Below are positions 26,420 to 37,948 of a DNA stretch of 64,000 nucleotides, piece after piece. Position numbers and translations under genes: made by a program. The stretch comes from Octopus sinensis (Eukaryota), in NCBI RefSeq assembly GCF_006345805.1, contig NC_042998.1, positions 28,148,001 through 28,212,000 on the forward strand, read 5' to 3'. The notes under the pieces were generated by a model that did no database searches, was not told the DNA's origin, and was given only the letters and a program-made list of their open reading frames with translations. Positions within the stretch are counted from its first letter, which is position 1. Every line of letters starts with the position of its first letter.

Positions 26420-27321
26420 TATATTATATTAAATTAGAGATAAAACCACTATTAGGCAAATCAAACAGTGAAAATCATAAGCCAATACATAGAAATAAAA
26501 TTAATTAAAAAATATAGAAGTTTATAATTAGTAAGGCTAAATCATATAGTATAGGAGGGAATTTTTGTTATATATGTTCAAATGAGTTTAAGGAAATTTT
26601 ATTTTATAAGCATGATAATTTAGTGAATACCTGGGATGAGCGCAAAATAAAATGAAGACACAATTTACTTTACACATATACAAAATTTCTAGATAAATAA
26701 TGAATATTTCTTAGCCCTAATTAGTTTCTTATTTGTTGATTTATGTAATAGTATTCTAAATATAGTAGGTGATTTATAGTACTTATTACATGGTTTTTTT
26801 TATATGTTATATTAAATAAATAATGTAATATATAAAGATATTACTTCATAATAGTGTTGTGTTTCTAATTTTTTATTTTTTAGTTTTTATTTTCTTATAA
26901 GGTTTGGTATTTATTTTAGTTATTTAGGTTCTGTTTTTAATTATAGTTATTTGTATGTAATCTCTTTATATTTGAAATAGATTTATTTAGATGTTTATTT
27001 AATCTATTTTATTTAATATAGAAGTATTGATTAGTAAGATTAAATATATAGTTTAAACTTAATGTTTACCTCTGTTTTTGTATTGAAGTATGAATATATA
27101 CATTTATATACGTATTTATATGATATATGTGTTTGTGTGTATGTATGTATATATGTCTATATGTTTATGTGCGTGTATATATATGTATATGTATATACAT
27201 TTATTTAATGTGTGTGGGTGTGTGTGTATATATGTGTATGTGTATATATTGAGTATTGTATGTATGTACATGTATGTAGGGTGTGTATATGTGTATGTAT
27301 ATATATATATATATATATATT

Positions 27322-27389
<68 letters not shown>

Positions 27390-29235
27390 TATATGTATAT
27401 TTATTATATATATGTATCCGTATGTATAGTTATACCTCAAATTATGATAAGTATTTTAGAGATTTTGGTTATGATCACTAATTTTAGCTTATTATTATAA
27501 GAGTACTGGGAAAGAATTTATAGTACGTTGATGGGTTACTATAAAATTTTTTTAATATATTTATTAATTATATAAGATTTTTAGAGTATATATAATAATT
27601 AGTGGTTTTTTAATTGTTTAATTTATTCTGTATTAAGTATTATTTATCGTAGTTATTTTATTAATAAATCTTATTGTATAGAGTGATTCTATTCTCTATT
27701 TTTGACTTCATTCTATTTACATTTATTGATAAACCATAACTGTTCCCATTAACAATCTTCATTGATAAAGCGTATTTGTTCCTCACGCTTAATGAATTCT
27801 TCAACAATTTATTCTTTTTTTGCTAATAACGTAATTCCACGAGTATTCTTATAAACGCTGTAAAGAGGTGTTCCGATTCAAAATGTTAGTTCATCACAAA
27901 ACCTCGCTAAGCTAAGTATATATTTATATTTAAGATCTTTAAATTTTAAATTTTAATATTTTATAAGTCTTTGGTGTAATAATATTGTTTCTTTATGTAA
28001 ATATCGTTGTTTATGTAATGATCTAATTATCGTAATTTTCTATATAATTATTAGATATTAACTTTAAGTTTATTCGTAAGATTTTACTTAGCGATAGATA
28101 TGTTGTTTGATAGCAAGTATACGAGTCGTTTAATGTTAGGTTTATGTATATACATGTATTAATAACATTAATTGTAGTTTTAAATTTCTTATAATTATTA
28201 TTTAACTTATATATTGTCTTTTTAAATGGATATTTGCTAGTTTTATTCCCATTGATAAATATATTTATAGTATTTATAGTATTTATTTGATACTATATAA
28301 CTACGAATTGATTATTTCTTTAAGTATTTCAAATATAAGATTTCCGAAAGTTATTATTTAGCCAACGAGATATAAAGATAGTTAATTTACTATAGCGTTC
28401 GTTTAAGATTGTTTGTTTGTATTTTTGAAATTAGCTATTTCATCTTTAAATATGAAAACTTAATTTATTAGGTATTTATTATATGTGCATATATATTTAT
28501 TTATAGAGTTTATTTTAGATCTTAATTATAATATTTATATACATTTATATATTTTCATTGATAATTTATATATATGATAGTCATTGTTTTTGTAAAATAT
28601 TTATGTAATTAGATATTGACTATTACAGATATTAGATTATTGGTGGGTTTCTTACCTTAAAATTAATTAAAAATTAAAATTATATTTAACAATTATGATA
28701 GATGTTTTGATATATTCATAATGGTTAAGTTTTAAGTTTCTAGTTTGATAAAAGAGTTTTTTTATAAGTATAATTATTATATTATTTATTTCTTAAAAAT
28801 ATTGTTTAAATATTTCTGATTATTTATTAAAATATTACAATTAACCTGAAGATTGACTGTAACCATAATTCGAATTATTAATAGAATTTAAATTATTGTT
28901 ATTTGAATTGGTTACAGCCATGAACAATTGTAGTGTTTTTACTCTTTATCTTTTATTAAACTTTTAATCCTTTTTGATATTTATATAATTTAATAAAAAA
29001 AGTAAAAATAAATAAATAAATAAGTAATTATATAAATATATATATATATATATTATATTATATATATATATATATTATATATATATATTTAAAATTTATA
29101 AGTTTAAATTATTTAAATAATTTTTAAATTTTAACTTTTATATTTTTTTAATTAATTTTATTTCTATGTATTGGCTTATGATTTTCACTGTTTGATTTGC
29201 CTAATAGTGGTTTTATCTCTAATTTAATATAATAT
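26420..29235. mobile_element. Penelope-like element/insert with about 95-bp terminal inverted repeats, C-depleted interior and 3' HHR relic
   Basis: Left end (about 26420-26515) is the reverse complement of right end (about 29140-29235), differing only in a homopolymer length; HHR relic at 28841-28937. Confidence 0.7.
28841..28937 (+). ncRNA. Hammerhead relic (one core A missing)
   Basis: CTGAAGA-T-TGACTGTAACCA…TGGTTACAGCCA-T-GAAC-AATTGT-A; long stem II, palindromic stem III. Confidence 0.55.
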
Positions 29236-29397
29236 ATTTATACTATAAAATTGGATTTAATCCTAAATCTAATTTTCCCCTGTAAGTTTGGATTTGCTCC
29301 CTAATATTATTATTATTAGTATATATATATATATATATATATATACGTACATACATACATACATGCATACATACATACATACATACATACATACATA

Positions 29398-29530
29398 CAT
29401 AGGTGCACTTAGATTGAAGGTCAGGGTGTTGCACACACGATCGCAAGATTGTGGTTTCGATAACTGAACCGAGAGAAAGAGTTTGTGTTTTTGAGCAAAA
29501 CAAATCGTTTCATGTTGCTTCAGGCCACTT
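29398..29530 (+). mobile_element. Diverged family D SINE head
   Basis: GGTTTCGAT B-box-like motif, TTTTGAGCAAAACA core. Confidence 0.55.
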
Positions 29531-29657
29531 AGATCACAAAAGACTTATTGTTTGAAGGGCCGGCGTTCCGTTCAGAGGTGGCGAGGAAGTATATACGGCA
29601 CAGAATCCAGGAAACCGTTTTTATGAACGTATGGCTCAACATACCTACACTGATGAC

Positions 29658-29876
29658 CTGGCAGACACGTTAGTGCGCCGGGCGAAATGCTGAGCGGTAT
29701 TTCGTCTGTCGTTACGTTCTGAGTTGAAATTCCGCCGAGGTCAAATTTGCCTTTCATCCTTTCGGGGTCGATAAATAAAGTACCAGTTTTGCACTGGGGG
29801 CGATATAATCGACTCAATCCCTTCGTCTGTCCTTGTGTGTCCCCTCTATGTTTAGGCCCTTCTGGGCGGTAAAGAA

Positions 29877-29880
<4 letters not shown>
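29658..29880 (+). mobile_element. SINE family A
   Basis: Family A body and AAAGAAATA tail. Confidence 0.9.
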
Positions 29881-29928
<48 letters not shown>

Positions 29929-29992
29929 ATGAATGTATGTATGTATGTATGTATGTATGTATGTATATATATATATATACGTATGTATATCT

Positions 29993-30085
29993 TCGAAAAT
30001 TTTCACCGAAAATTTTACCCAAAAATTTTCACCAACAATTTTCGAAAATTTTTGCCGAAAAATTTACCCAAAATTTTTTCGGAAA
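29993..30085. repeat. Degenerate 11-13-bp minisatellite (AAAATTTTCACCG-like)
   Basis: About 7 imperfect units. Confidence 0.75.
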
Positions 30086-30629
30086 TGTATAAAATATATA
30101 CATACAAATATAAATGTAGTTATACATGCACAAACACACACATACGTATATAGTATAGGTAACACAAATGGAAAGACACATTGAACACGGTTTCTCAAAC
30201 AAATTGTCTGTATACACTATGAAAACTAACAAAACCGTTTGAATGTTTATTACACGAGGCATCGCACTCTATTACGCTCAGTTTCGCTGTGGCTTAAGTG
30301 ATGGCGCTTAAGCACTGCTTCTATCATATTAATCATCATTCGTTATGTTTACTTAAATCCAAAGAATTTAAGGAGTAAAGGAAAAGTTTTGCACGTAATG
30401 AAAAGCTTTTAGTGTGTAAAAAATATATATGCTAATGTGAATAAATTTAGTTGTACCATGAGAATATATACGCACTCCAATTTCTAACTGCATATTGGAG
30501 TCTTTCAAATTTAATTTAATACCTGTGTGTGTGAGAGAGAGAGCGTGTGTGTGTGTTCTATTATAGATAATTTTACATTATTCTGATGGGTTACTCTGTA
30601 CTTTTGTTGAGTACAAATTTCTTAAACGC

Positions 30630-30698
30630 GAATATTATTGACAAGTCCGACGATGGCTCAAGTAGCCCAAACCTCCAATTAAACTGTCAATAATATTC
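30630..30698 (+). ncRNA. Degenerate hammerhead-like motif closed by a 14-bp perfect stem
   Basis: GAATATTATTGACA…CCGACGA-TGGCT CAAGT AGCC-CAAAC…TGTCAATAATATTC. Confidence 0.4.
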
Positions 30699-30758
<60 letters not shown>

Positions 30759-30761
<3 letters not shown>

Positions 30762-30994
30762 TTGACCGACCAGGCTATCAGATGTTACACATCGCTGGTC
30801 ACAATGCGCTTCGCATTGTTTTGGCCTCCAAATGACGCTACCCCGCTGGGTAAGCGAGCAGGCCAACAGAAGAAAGAGTGAGAGAAAGTTGTGTCGAAAG
30901 AGTACAGCAGGGATCGCCACCACCCCCTGCCGGAGCCTCGTGGAACTTTTAGGTGTTTTCGCTCAATAAACACTCAAACACTAACAACGCCCGG
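30759..30994 (-). mobile_element. SINE family C variant with a different 3' half
   Basis: Shares GTTTATTGAGCGAAAACACC…GGCTCCGGCAGGGG with 10661; distinct tail. Confidence 0.8.
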
Positions 30995-31384
30995 TTTGTG
31001 TGTGTGTGTGTATATGTATATGTATAGCAAAAGAGGAAATAAGCAATTTTTTGATACTATTTAATCACCATTACACGTGTTTCATTTGCTAATTGGAGAT
31101 ACAAAATTTTATATGTTCGATAAGCATTTCCTACTAGAATTTCTTCAGATAAAGGAATTTGATAATACAAAGTTTGCATTTGGATGAAGCGTCTATATTT
31201 AGATAGTAATCAATAGCAGCACAGGCAGCCCTGGAGAAGGAGGAATAGGTACACTTGGCACGGCATCAAAGATGCTACCTGATAGAAATTGGAATCGAAA
31301 CTCGCATTGTGGAAAACAACGATCTTATAAACATTTAAGAATCCGAAGGATGATTGGAAGTTGAGAATTTTTTGTTACCAAGCC

Positions 31385-31409
31385 TTAAGATAGAATACCT
31401 GCTAACTAG

Positions 31410-31441
<32 letters not shown>

Positions 31442-31463
31442 TACTACTACTACTACTACTACA

Positions 31464-31495
<32 letters not shown>

Positions 31496-31501
31496 ACCAC
31501 C

Positions 31502-31535
<34 letters not shown>

Positions 31536-31574
31536 TTACTACTACTGCTGCTGCTGCCGCCGCCACCACCACTG

Positions 31575-31607
<33 letters not shown>

Positions 31608-31611
31608 GTGC

Positions 31612-31646
<35 letters not shown>

Positions 31647-31730
31647 CTGCAGCTACTACTACTACTACTACTACTACTACTGTTGCTGCTGCTGCTGCTA
31701 CTACTACTGCTGCTGCTGCTGCTTTTGCTG
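31385..31730. repeat. (CTA)/(CTG)/(CCA)n compound trinucleotide repeat
   Basis: Direct repeats. Confidence 0.95.
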
Positions 31731-32373
31731 CTACTTCGCTTTTCTTTGTTTTAGAAACAGTTGATTGTTCCGCTTTCATGGTGTCTCGATTTTCTACTCT
31801 CCATTCGGCAGAGAGTTGAAATCGGGGAACTTTCCCAGATGCTCACACTTTACATGGAGAAGTATGGTTCCATACCTGTTCTACCTCCCGTTCTCTTTGT
31901 CTCCAGCAGTGTATCCTACACAAGACGACATCTATTTTCGGATCTAGCTCTGGATGCACACCAGTCGAATATTCATACAAATACGTTGTTGTTGCTTCTA
32001 AAGCCATTGAGTTTTCATTATACCATAGTATTCGCGTAATTTGCAGACAAAAACGTGAATGGGGGAGTGGTCAAGTAAGTCAGGATGGTAGGATAAGCTT
32101 TTGAATGATTTTCCGGGCTTGCTTACGGGAATCAAGAAAAGTTACATTTAACAGAAATAGAATATTAATAGAAAATACTATATTGTATTTCATTTGCCGA
32201 TTTCAGTAGAATTGACTACAAAACCGTCTGCGGCAATATTTGATTGTAAAAGTATTTGACAAGTAAAATATTCCTTCATTTTATCGGTCTTACAATTTTG
32301 ACAAATTTATCATAGATGACAATGGCTTACTATTGACGATTCATATTTGAACGGCACACGCTAAATAACTTAT

Positions 32374-32590
32374 TATTGGTTTGGTGCATAATTATTGCGG
32401 CTTTTTTACAACAAATTTTATTCAACAAAAACAACCGTCTGCCAAGCAAATGGGAAGCAGTAATTGAAGTAGATGGTGAATATACTCCAGAATAATCATT
32501 TAAGGATGTTTTTGTTATATGTTGTTATTGTTTTTGTTGAATAAAATTGGAAAAGAAACAACGCCGCATTAATTATGCACCAACACAATA
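32374..32590 (+). mobile_element. mariner-derived MITE
   Basis: TIRs TATTGGTTTGGTGCATAATTATTGCGGC / GCCGCATTAATTATGCACCAACACAATA; internal RLPSKWEAVIEVDGEYTPE*. Confidence 0.85.
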
Positions 32591-32594
32591 TTTT

Positions 32595-32633
<39 letters not shown>

Positions 32634-32636
<3 letters not shown>

Positions 32637-32870
32637 GGTGGATGCATAACTATCGTGGCTTTTTTTCAACAAATTTTATTCAACAAAAACAATAACAATA
32701 TTTAACAAAAACATCTTTAAGTGACGGTTTGATTGTCTGCCAAGCAAATGGGAAGCAGTAATTGAAGTAGATGGTGAACATGCTCCGGGATAATCATTTT
32801 TGTTAGATGTTGTTATTGTTTTTCTTGAATAAGATTTGTTGAAAAAAATGTTAAACGAATTCGAATTATC
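32634..32870 (+). mobile_element. Second, more decayed copy of the same MITE
   Basis: Same internal LPSKWEAVIEVDGE segment. Confidence 0.75.
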
Positions 32871-33075
32871 TTTTCATACAGGAATATTTTAATAAGTATA
32901 TTAATTTGATATAAATATGTTAAAAAAACCTTCATAATTCTTCGCTTTTTGGAAAAAGCCCTTTTCTGTCTTATGTTAACATTTCTCGAGTGGCAAAGTA
33001 GGCCGTCAGAAAATGGATTGCTCTGTTCAGAAAATCTATTTCCGTTCTTATTTTAAAGCTTGATGAGGTTAACTA

Positions 33076-33112
33076 TAGACGGAAACTGAAAGAAGCCCGT
33101 CGTATATATATA

Positions 33113-33172
<60 letters not shown>

Positions 33173-33365
33173 TTGTGTATCTATGTTTGTCCCTCCAACA
33201 TCGCTTGTGTTTACGTCCCTGTAACTTAGCGGTTCGGCTCAAGGGATCGATAGAATAAGTACTAGGCTTACAAAGAATAAGTCCTGGGGTCGATTTGCTC
33301 GACTAAAGGCGGTGCTCCAGCATGGCAACAGTCAAATGACTGAAACAAGTAAAAGAGTAAAAGAG
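33076..33365 (+). mobile_element. SINE family B, 5'-truncated
   Basis: Core and (GAGTAAAA)n tail. Confidence 0.9.
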
Positions 33366-33599
33366 CAAGTAAATATTAAACGAGATGCCCATTCACATAT
33401 AAGGAAGCTTGTTGCGAGTATTGGTGCAGACGTAACTGAAAAGCTACATAGTTTTTTCTAAAACTTTGGTGTCTTGGATTCGATACAACCGAATGATATC
33501 TTGGGATTCTGCCGTTAGCTCGGATCTGCACCAGGTTTGGGAATGAAAGTGAGTAGATAGAATGAGTGAGTGAAGTTCATCTGATAGAATGTAACTCTA

Positions 33600-34200
33600 A
33601 TTTAAATGGCATGCTTTGTCATACACTATCTTACACAGATTTCTATTTGAGGAATTTCAACCGTGTTTCGTGGTCTGCTACCACAATAGCTCCTTTATAG
33701 GATCCAGTTAGCTCAAGACATCATCAGGAGGAACCACGTCCGATTTCGGCCCCTACTCCTCTACCGTTTAGATGTGGCGCTCCCTTTCGGAGGTGTCTTC
33801 AGATCTGGTGTTGGGTGCATGTCTTCTTTCCTCTTCTCTCTTCTGTTTCCTGGCCTCTTCGATGTATCGTCAGCGAGTGTCAGCCAGTGACTGACTGACT
33901 TGTCAAATTTTTCCCTTTAAATACCTGCTGCAAGGCTCCAGCAGGCAGCCCCAGTAACTTGTCACGTGACACTGTCTCAACTTTACCTGACCAATGAAGG
34001 CGCGTAGCCTCAGCCCACGCATTCTCTAAACGATAATGTCACCTGTCAACCAGCGAAGCGTACAACTGGCTATGGAATACTTATCCATTTAAGGGCTAAT
34101 AAGATATGCAAGTTGCCTTGGTAATAACACACCCGAAAAGCTCATTGTCGAAACAGACGGAAGATCCATTTGTCGTAATTTTCTTTTCTTAAACAGGAAT
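33600..34200 (-). mobile_element. Penelope-like pseudo-LTR relic with degenerate HHR at 33655-33733
   Basis: Minus strand: CCAAT-box (ATTGG), CACGTGAC and TATTTAAA upstream of CTGATGA-TGTCT…AGACCAC-GAAAC. Confidence 0.4.
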
Positions 34201-34578
34201 TTGTTGTAACAAACCACTTAGCTGTTTATCTATGCATTATCAATTTAGATTATATTTTACAACACTTTCCATCACGCAGAGATGTTGAAATGTAAGTAAA
34301 ATTTGTTTTCGTAGAATATATCTTGTTACGTTTTTTTTTCATGCCTCTTTCGAGAGTTCGGTGAGAAATTATCTACTTACGTGTAAAAGCTAGTATTTAG
34401 AATCACTTAATATTTTTAACTACAAATTTTTTTCTGGTAAATTTTAATTTTTCAGTCACTCTGTTTATTACACTATCTATAAAGCAGTAGGAACCAGATA
34501 GATATCATAACATCTCTAAATATGTTGTTAATATATGGTATGAGTTTTTAAGGTGCGGTCACACACACACACACACAC

Positions 34579-34618
<40 letters not shown>

Positions 34619-34756
34619 AGTAGAAAAATGAAATATCTTTTTATGGATAATTCGTTTAACCGATACCTGGGTAGCAAATTCACATCAGAAATAACACGGT
34701 TGAAGTTACGTGCCTAGGGCAGAGACTACGTGTTTTCGTGTGGAAATTTGTGTATT

Positions 34757-35030
34757 TTTATAAAATTTATGAATAAATGAAAGAATGGAGTTGAACGACA
34801 AATTAACAAATTATCGCTATGCGCTCCGTGAGAGCAGTCATCTAAAAGTTTTTGTGAATCTTGATGTTGACATTAATTTCTTTTTTTTTACCTGATGAGA
34901 AAGCGGCATAATGTACTCCTTATTCCTTCACAATTAGGAATATGCAGCCTTCGAAACATATGTCGAAAATAAAGGAAATTTGTTAATTTGTCGTTCAACT
35001 CCATTCTTTCATTTATTCATAAATTTTATA

Positions 35031-35032
<2 letters not shown>
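34757..35032 (+). mobile_element. PLE-type remnant: 56-bp perfect inverted repeats around a hammerhead
   Basis: 34757-34812 is the reverse complement of 34977-35032; followed by (TA)n. Confidence 0.75.
34885..34972 (+). ncRNA. Type I hammerhead ribozyme with intact catalytic core
   Basis: CTGATGA (34892-8), stem II GAAAGCGGCATA/TATGCAGCCTTC, GAAA (34953), palindromic stem III ACATATGT, GUC site (34962-4), stem I TTTAC/GAAAA with one mismatch. Confidence 0.75.
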
Positions 35033-35064
<32 letters not shown>

Positions 35065-35357
35065 CATGTATGTATGTATAACAAAACAGGAAATAAGCAA
35101 TGACCTTCGCTGGACAACCAAATGCCTTAAGGTTTGATAGGGCTGATGTTCAACATGGACGTAAAAGAATCCATCATTTGGAAGAAACAAAAACGGAAGT
35201 ATGGAGAGAATTATACAAGTGTGTCGTTCTGGGGAAGAAATAACACGCATACTTCTAAGTCGATGCGGGGCTTTGGGATAGAGAATGAGCAGGTAGAGTA
35301 TAGGTGATTTGAGTAGGAGATATAAGTTTTCCAGGGTGACTTGGGGGGAAGTAAGCA

Positions 35358-36205
35358 GAAGGCATATTCCAGAAATTTTGATATACTTTCAGGAGAGACA
35401 TTTATTAATTTCAAAGAATTACAAAACTTTAATCTCCTTCAAAGTAGTATCCTTTGATGTCAATGCATTTGTTGTAGCGGTCCAACCGATTTGTGAAGGC
35501 TCCATTGAAGACCGCCAAGGTGGACGCTTCCAGGCCCCTTGTCACAATTTCCTTGATATTCAAACTAACTTCTACTGGGGTTCTCTTTCGGTTTGGGAAA
35601 TGACCAAAAGTCACGAATCTGGACTGCAGGGAGAGTGATGGGCAGCTTTGATGTATATCTCCGTCAAATAGTAGGTTAGCAAGATGTTATTCACTGAGCA
35701 CCCTGAGAAAAACTTTGCATAAATTTTACGACTGTTCAGATTTTCGTGAATAATTCTATGTACAGCCGTCACACCAACTTCAAATTGCATGCTTATTGTC
35801 TTTATGGACACATAATGATCCTAGTTCTGAAAATCGAAAGTTTTCTCCATCAGCTCTAATGTTCTGATGTCCCTTTCCTTCCAGTTCCTCCCATAATCTC
35901 TCACTTCCTCTTCGACTAGTGATAGAGCGAGTAATTTAATGTATAGGCAGTCTGGTGCATTTCACAAGTTCCTGTAGCGTCATTTCTCAATTTAACACCA
36001 ATTTTTATTGCATAGGGAGCTTTCGAAGGCCCCGACTACATTCTTCAAACTAGTCAGCTGTGACCAACACTGTTTAGTGGTCGTCTAACAAAAGTGAGCA
36101 GGTCATCATATTAGGCGTATGGTAATGAAAGATTAAAATTGCAATAATCTAGGATAGAGATAACTACCTCTCCTTCAAAGTCTCGAAACTTCTGGAAGGC
36201 CCCTT
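35358..36205 (-). mobile_element. Decayed, internally deleted mariner
   Basis: YAIKIGVKL N-terminus, SIKTISMQFEVG…IIHENLNSRKI HTH, RYNKCIDIKGYYFEGD* C-terminus; degenerate TIRs of about 27 bp. Confidence 0.8.
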
Positions 36206-36907
36206 GAATTTTGAAATATCTTATATCTGGAGATCAAAATTAACGGTGCTGATGCAAAGGGCAGAGTGTAGAGTCAGAATGTTAATGGGTTAGCGATTAT
36301 AATGTGTTGGTGAATTAGGTTTTGTTTAGCGTGTCGGTTCGATTTCCGGAAACGATCTAGCACGTGTGAATGTTCTGTAACAATGGCTTCCCAGAATGAG
36401 ATAAGTATTCCATCGAGGCTCTCAAATGAGCGTTGTAGCAAGTCAGTATCTAAACAAAGCTCAGGAATTACTGGCCCTGTAGAGAACAGTTATGCTTTGA
36501 GGTGCAATTTTGTTGTTCTATAAATACAAAACATTCAGAAGAAATTAACATGTATTATGTTCCCATGTGCTTTTTTGGAGAATGTTCTCCTCATTCAAAG
36601 AAATAGCGTGGGTTTTGTATATTGATAAAATGATTGAACAGAATTAGAAATTGCAAACAAGGTATCACGCAACAAATTTAGCTTGAGAAATTAGGGTTAA
36701 TGCGCGAATCAGCTGTAATAGGAATTCATAATTTTTCATTCAAGGCATTCAGCAACAAAGAAAGGCTTATCAGGATAAAGGTGCTATTCCTAACATGCTT
36801 TTCCTCGTGGCAAGTGTGTATTTGAGAAAATTGGTTTCTGTCTCCAATTCTCTCTTTTTCTGATTATCCTCCTCTCTAGTTAAAAATACGCATATATATA
36901 TATATAT

Positions 36908-37223
36908 AAAGGAAATGAAGAAAATGCTGACAAAATAATTTAAGTAAGGGAGAGTGTATTTAATTAGGTGAAAGTTCTTTTTACCGGTTGCGCATTTGTT
37001 ATGCTTATCAAAAGATATTTTTTTAAGAGAGATAGAGTTACTTTCTGATAGATTTTTTCTCTTATCTGATAAGAGAAAAAAATCTATCAGAAAGGAACTC
37101 TATCTCTCTTAAAAAAAATCTTTTGATAAGCATAACAAATGCGCAACCGGTAAAAAGAACTTTCACCTAATTAAATACACTCTCCCTTAAATTATTTTGT
37201 CAGCATTTTCTTCATTTCCTTTT
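36908..37223. repeat. About 316-bp near-perfect palindrome made of PLE-like ends
   Basis: Arms of about 158 bp around a 1-nt centre (37067); each carries an HHR relic CTTT-TTGATAA-GCAT AACAA ATGC-GCA-ACCGGT-A-AAAAG. Confidence 0.9.
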
Positions 37224-37270
37224 TTTATATATCACAACTCGTGTTCCACATCTCCTTTTTTTAAATATAT

Positions 37271-37319
<49 letters not shown>

Positions 37320-37334
37320 GTGTGTGTGTATGTG

Positions 37335-37687
37335 TGGAGGTGCAATTGCCCAGTGATTAGGGCAGCAGACTCGCAGTCATAGGATCGCGGTTTCGATTCC
37401 CAGGCCGGGCGTTATGAGTGCTTATTGAGCGAAAACACCTGAAGCTCCACGAGGCTCCGGCACTGGGGTGGGTGGTGAACCCTGGTGTATTCTTTCACCA
37501 CAATATTCTCTCACTCTTTCTTCCTGTTTCTGTTCTACCTGCGTCACGCTATAACCTCCCCGAGAACTACGTTAAGGGTACACGTGTCTGTGGAGTGCTC
37601 AGTCACTTGCGCGTTAATTTCACGAGCAAGCTGTTCGGTTGATCAGATCAACTGGAACCCTCGTCGTCGTAAGCGATGGAGTGCCAC
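37335..37687 (+). mobile_element. SINE family C
   Basis: Match to 10661-11047. Confidence 0.9.
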
Positions 37688-37743
<56 letters not shown>

Positions 37744-37948
37744 GGGGAAACAGTGAGAAGAAAATTGAGAAAAAAATGGACGTAATTATGATTTATTTAC
37801 ATGTTGTAGAAAGAGATACATGTAGAAAGATGGCGTTTTAAAAAAGAAAATATTACAAATCAACGTCACCTTTGTACAACATGCAAATAAATCAGTAATT
37901 ACATCCATTTATTCACCATTTTCTTCTTGTTTCTCCCTCATATTAAAA

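Noticed and set aside
28620-28725. Plus-strand YDRCFDIF as a PLE RT YxDD remnant
   Set aside because: Too degenerate and stop-ridden to call; conflicts with the minus-strand frame evidence
26530-28830. Mitochondrial insertion (NUMT), suggested by T/G skew and hydrophobic-looking codons
   Set aside because: No recognisable mitochondrial gene or tRNA; stops in invertebrate mitochondrial code; ends match a nuclear repeat
30270-30330. Hairpin next to GAAAC…GTA on the minus strand
   Set aside because: 5' core CUGANGA not recognisable
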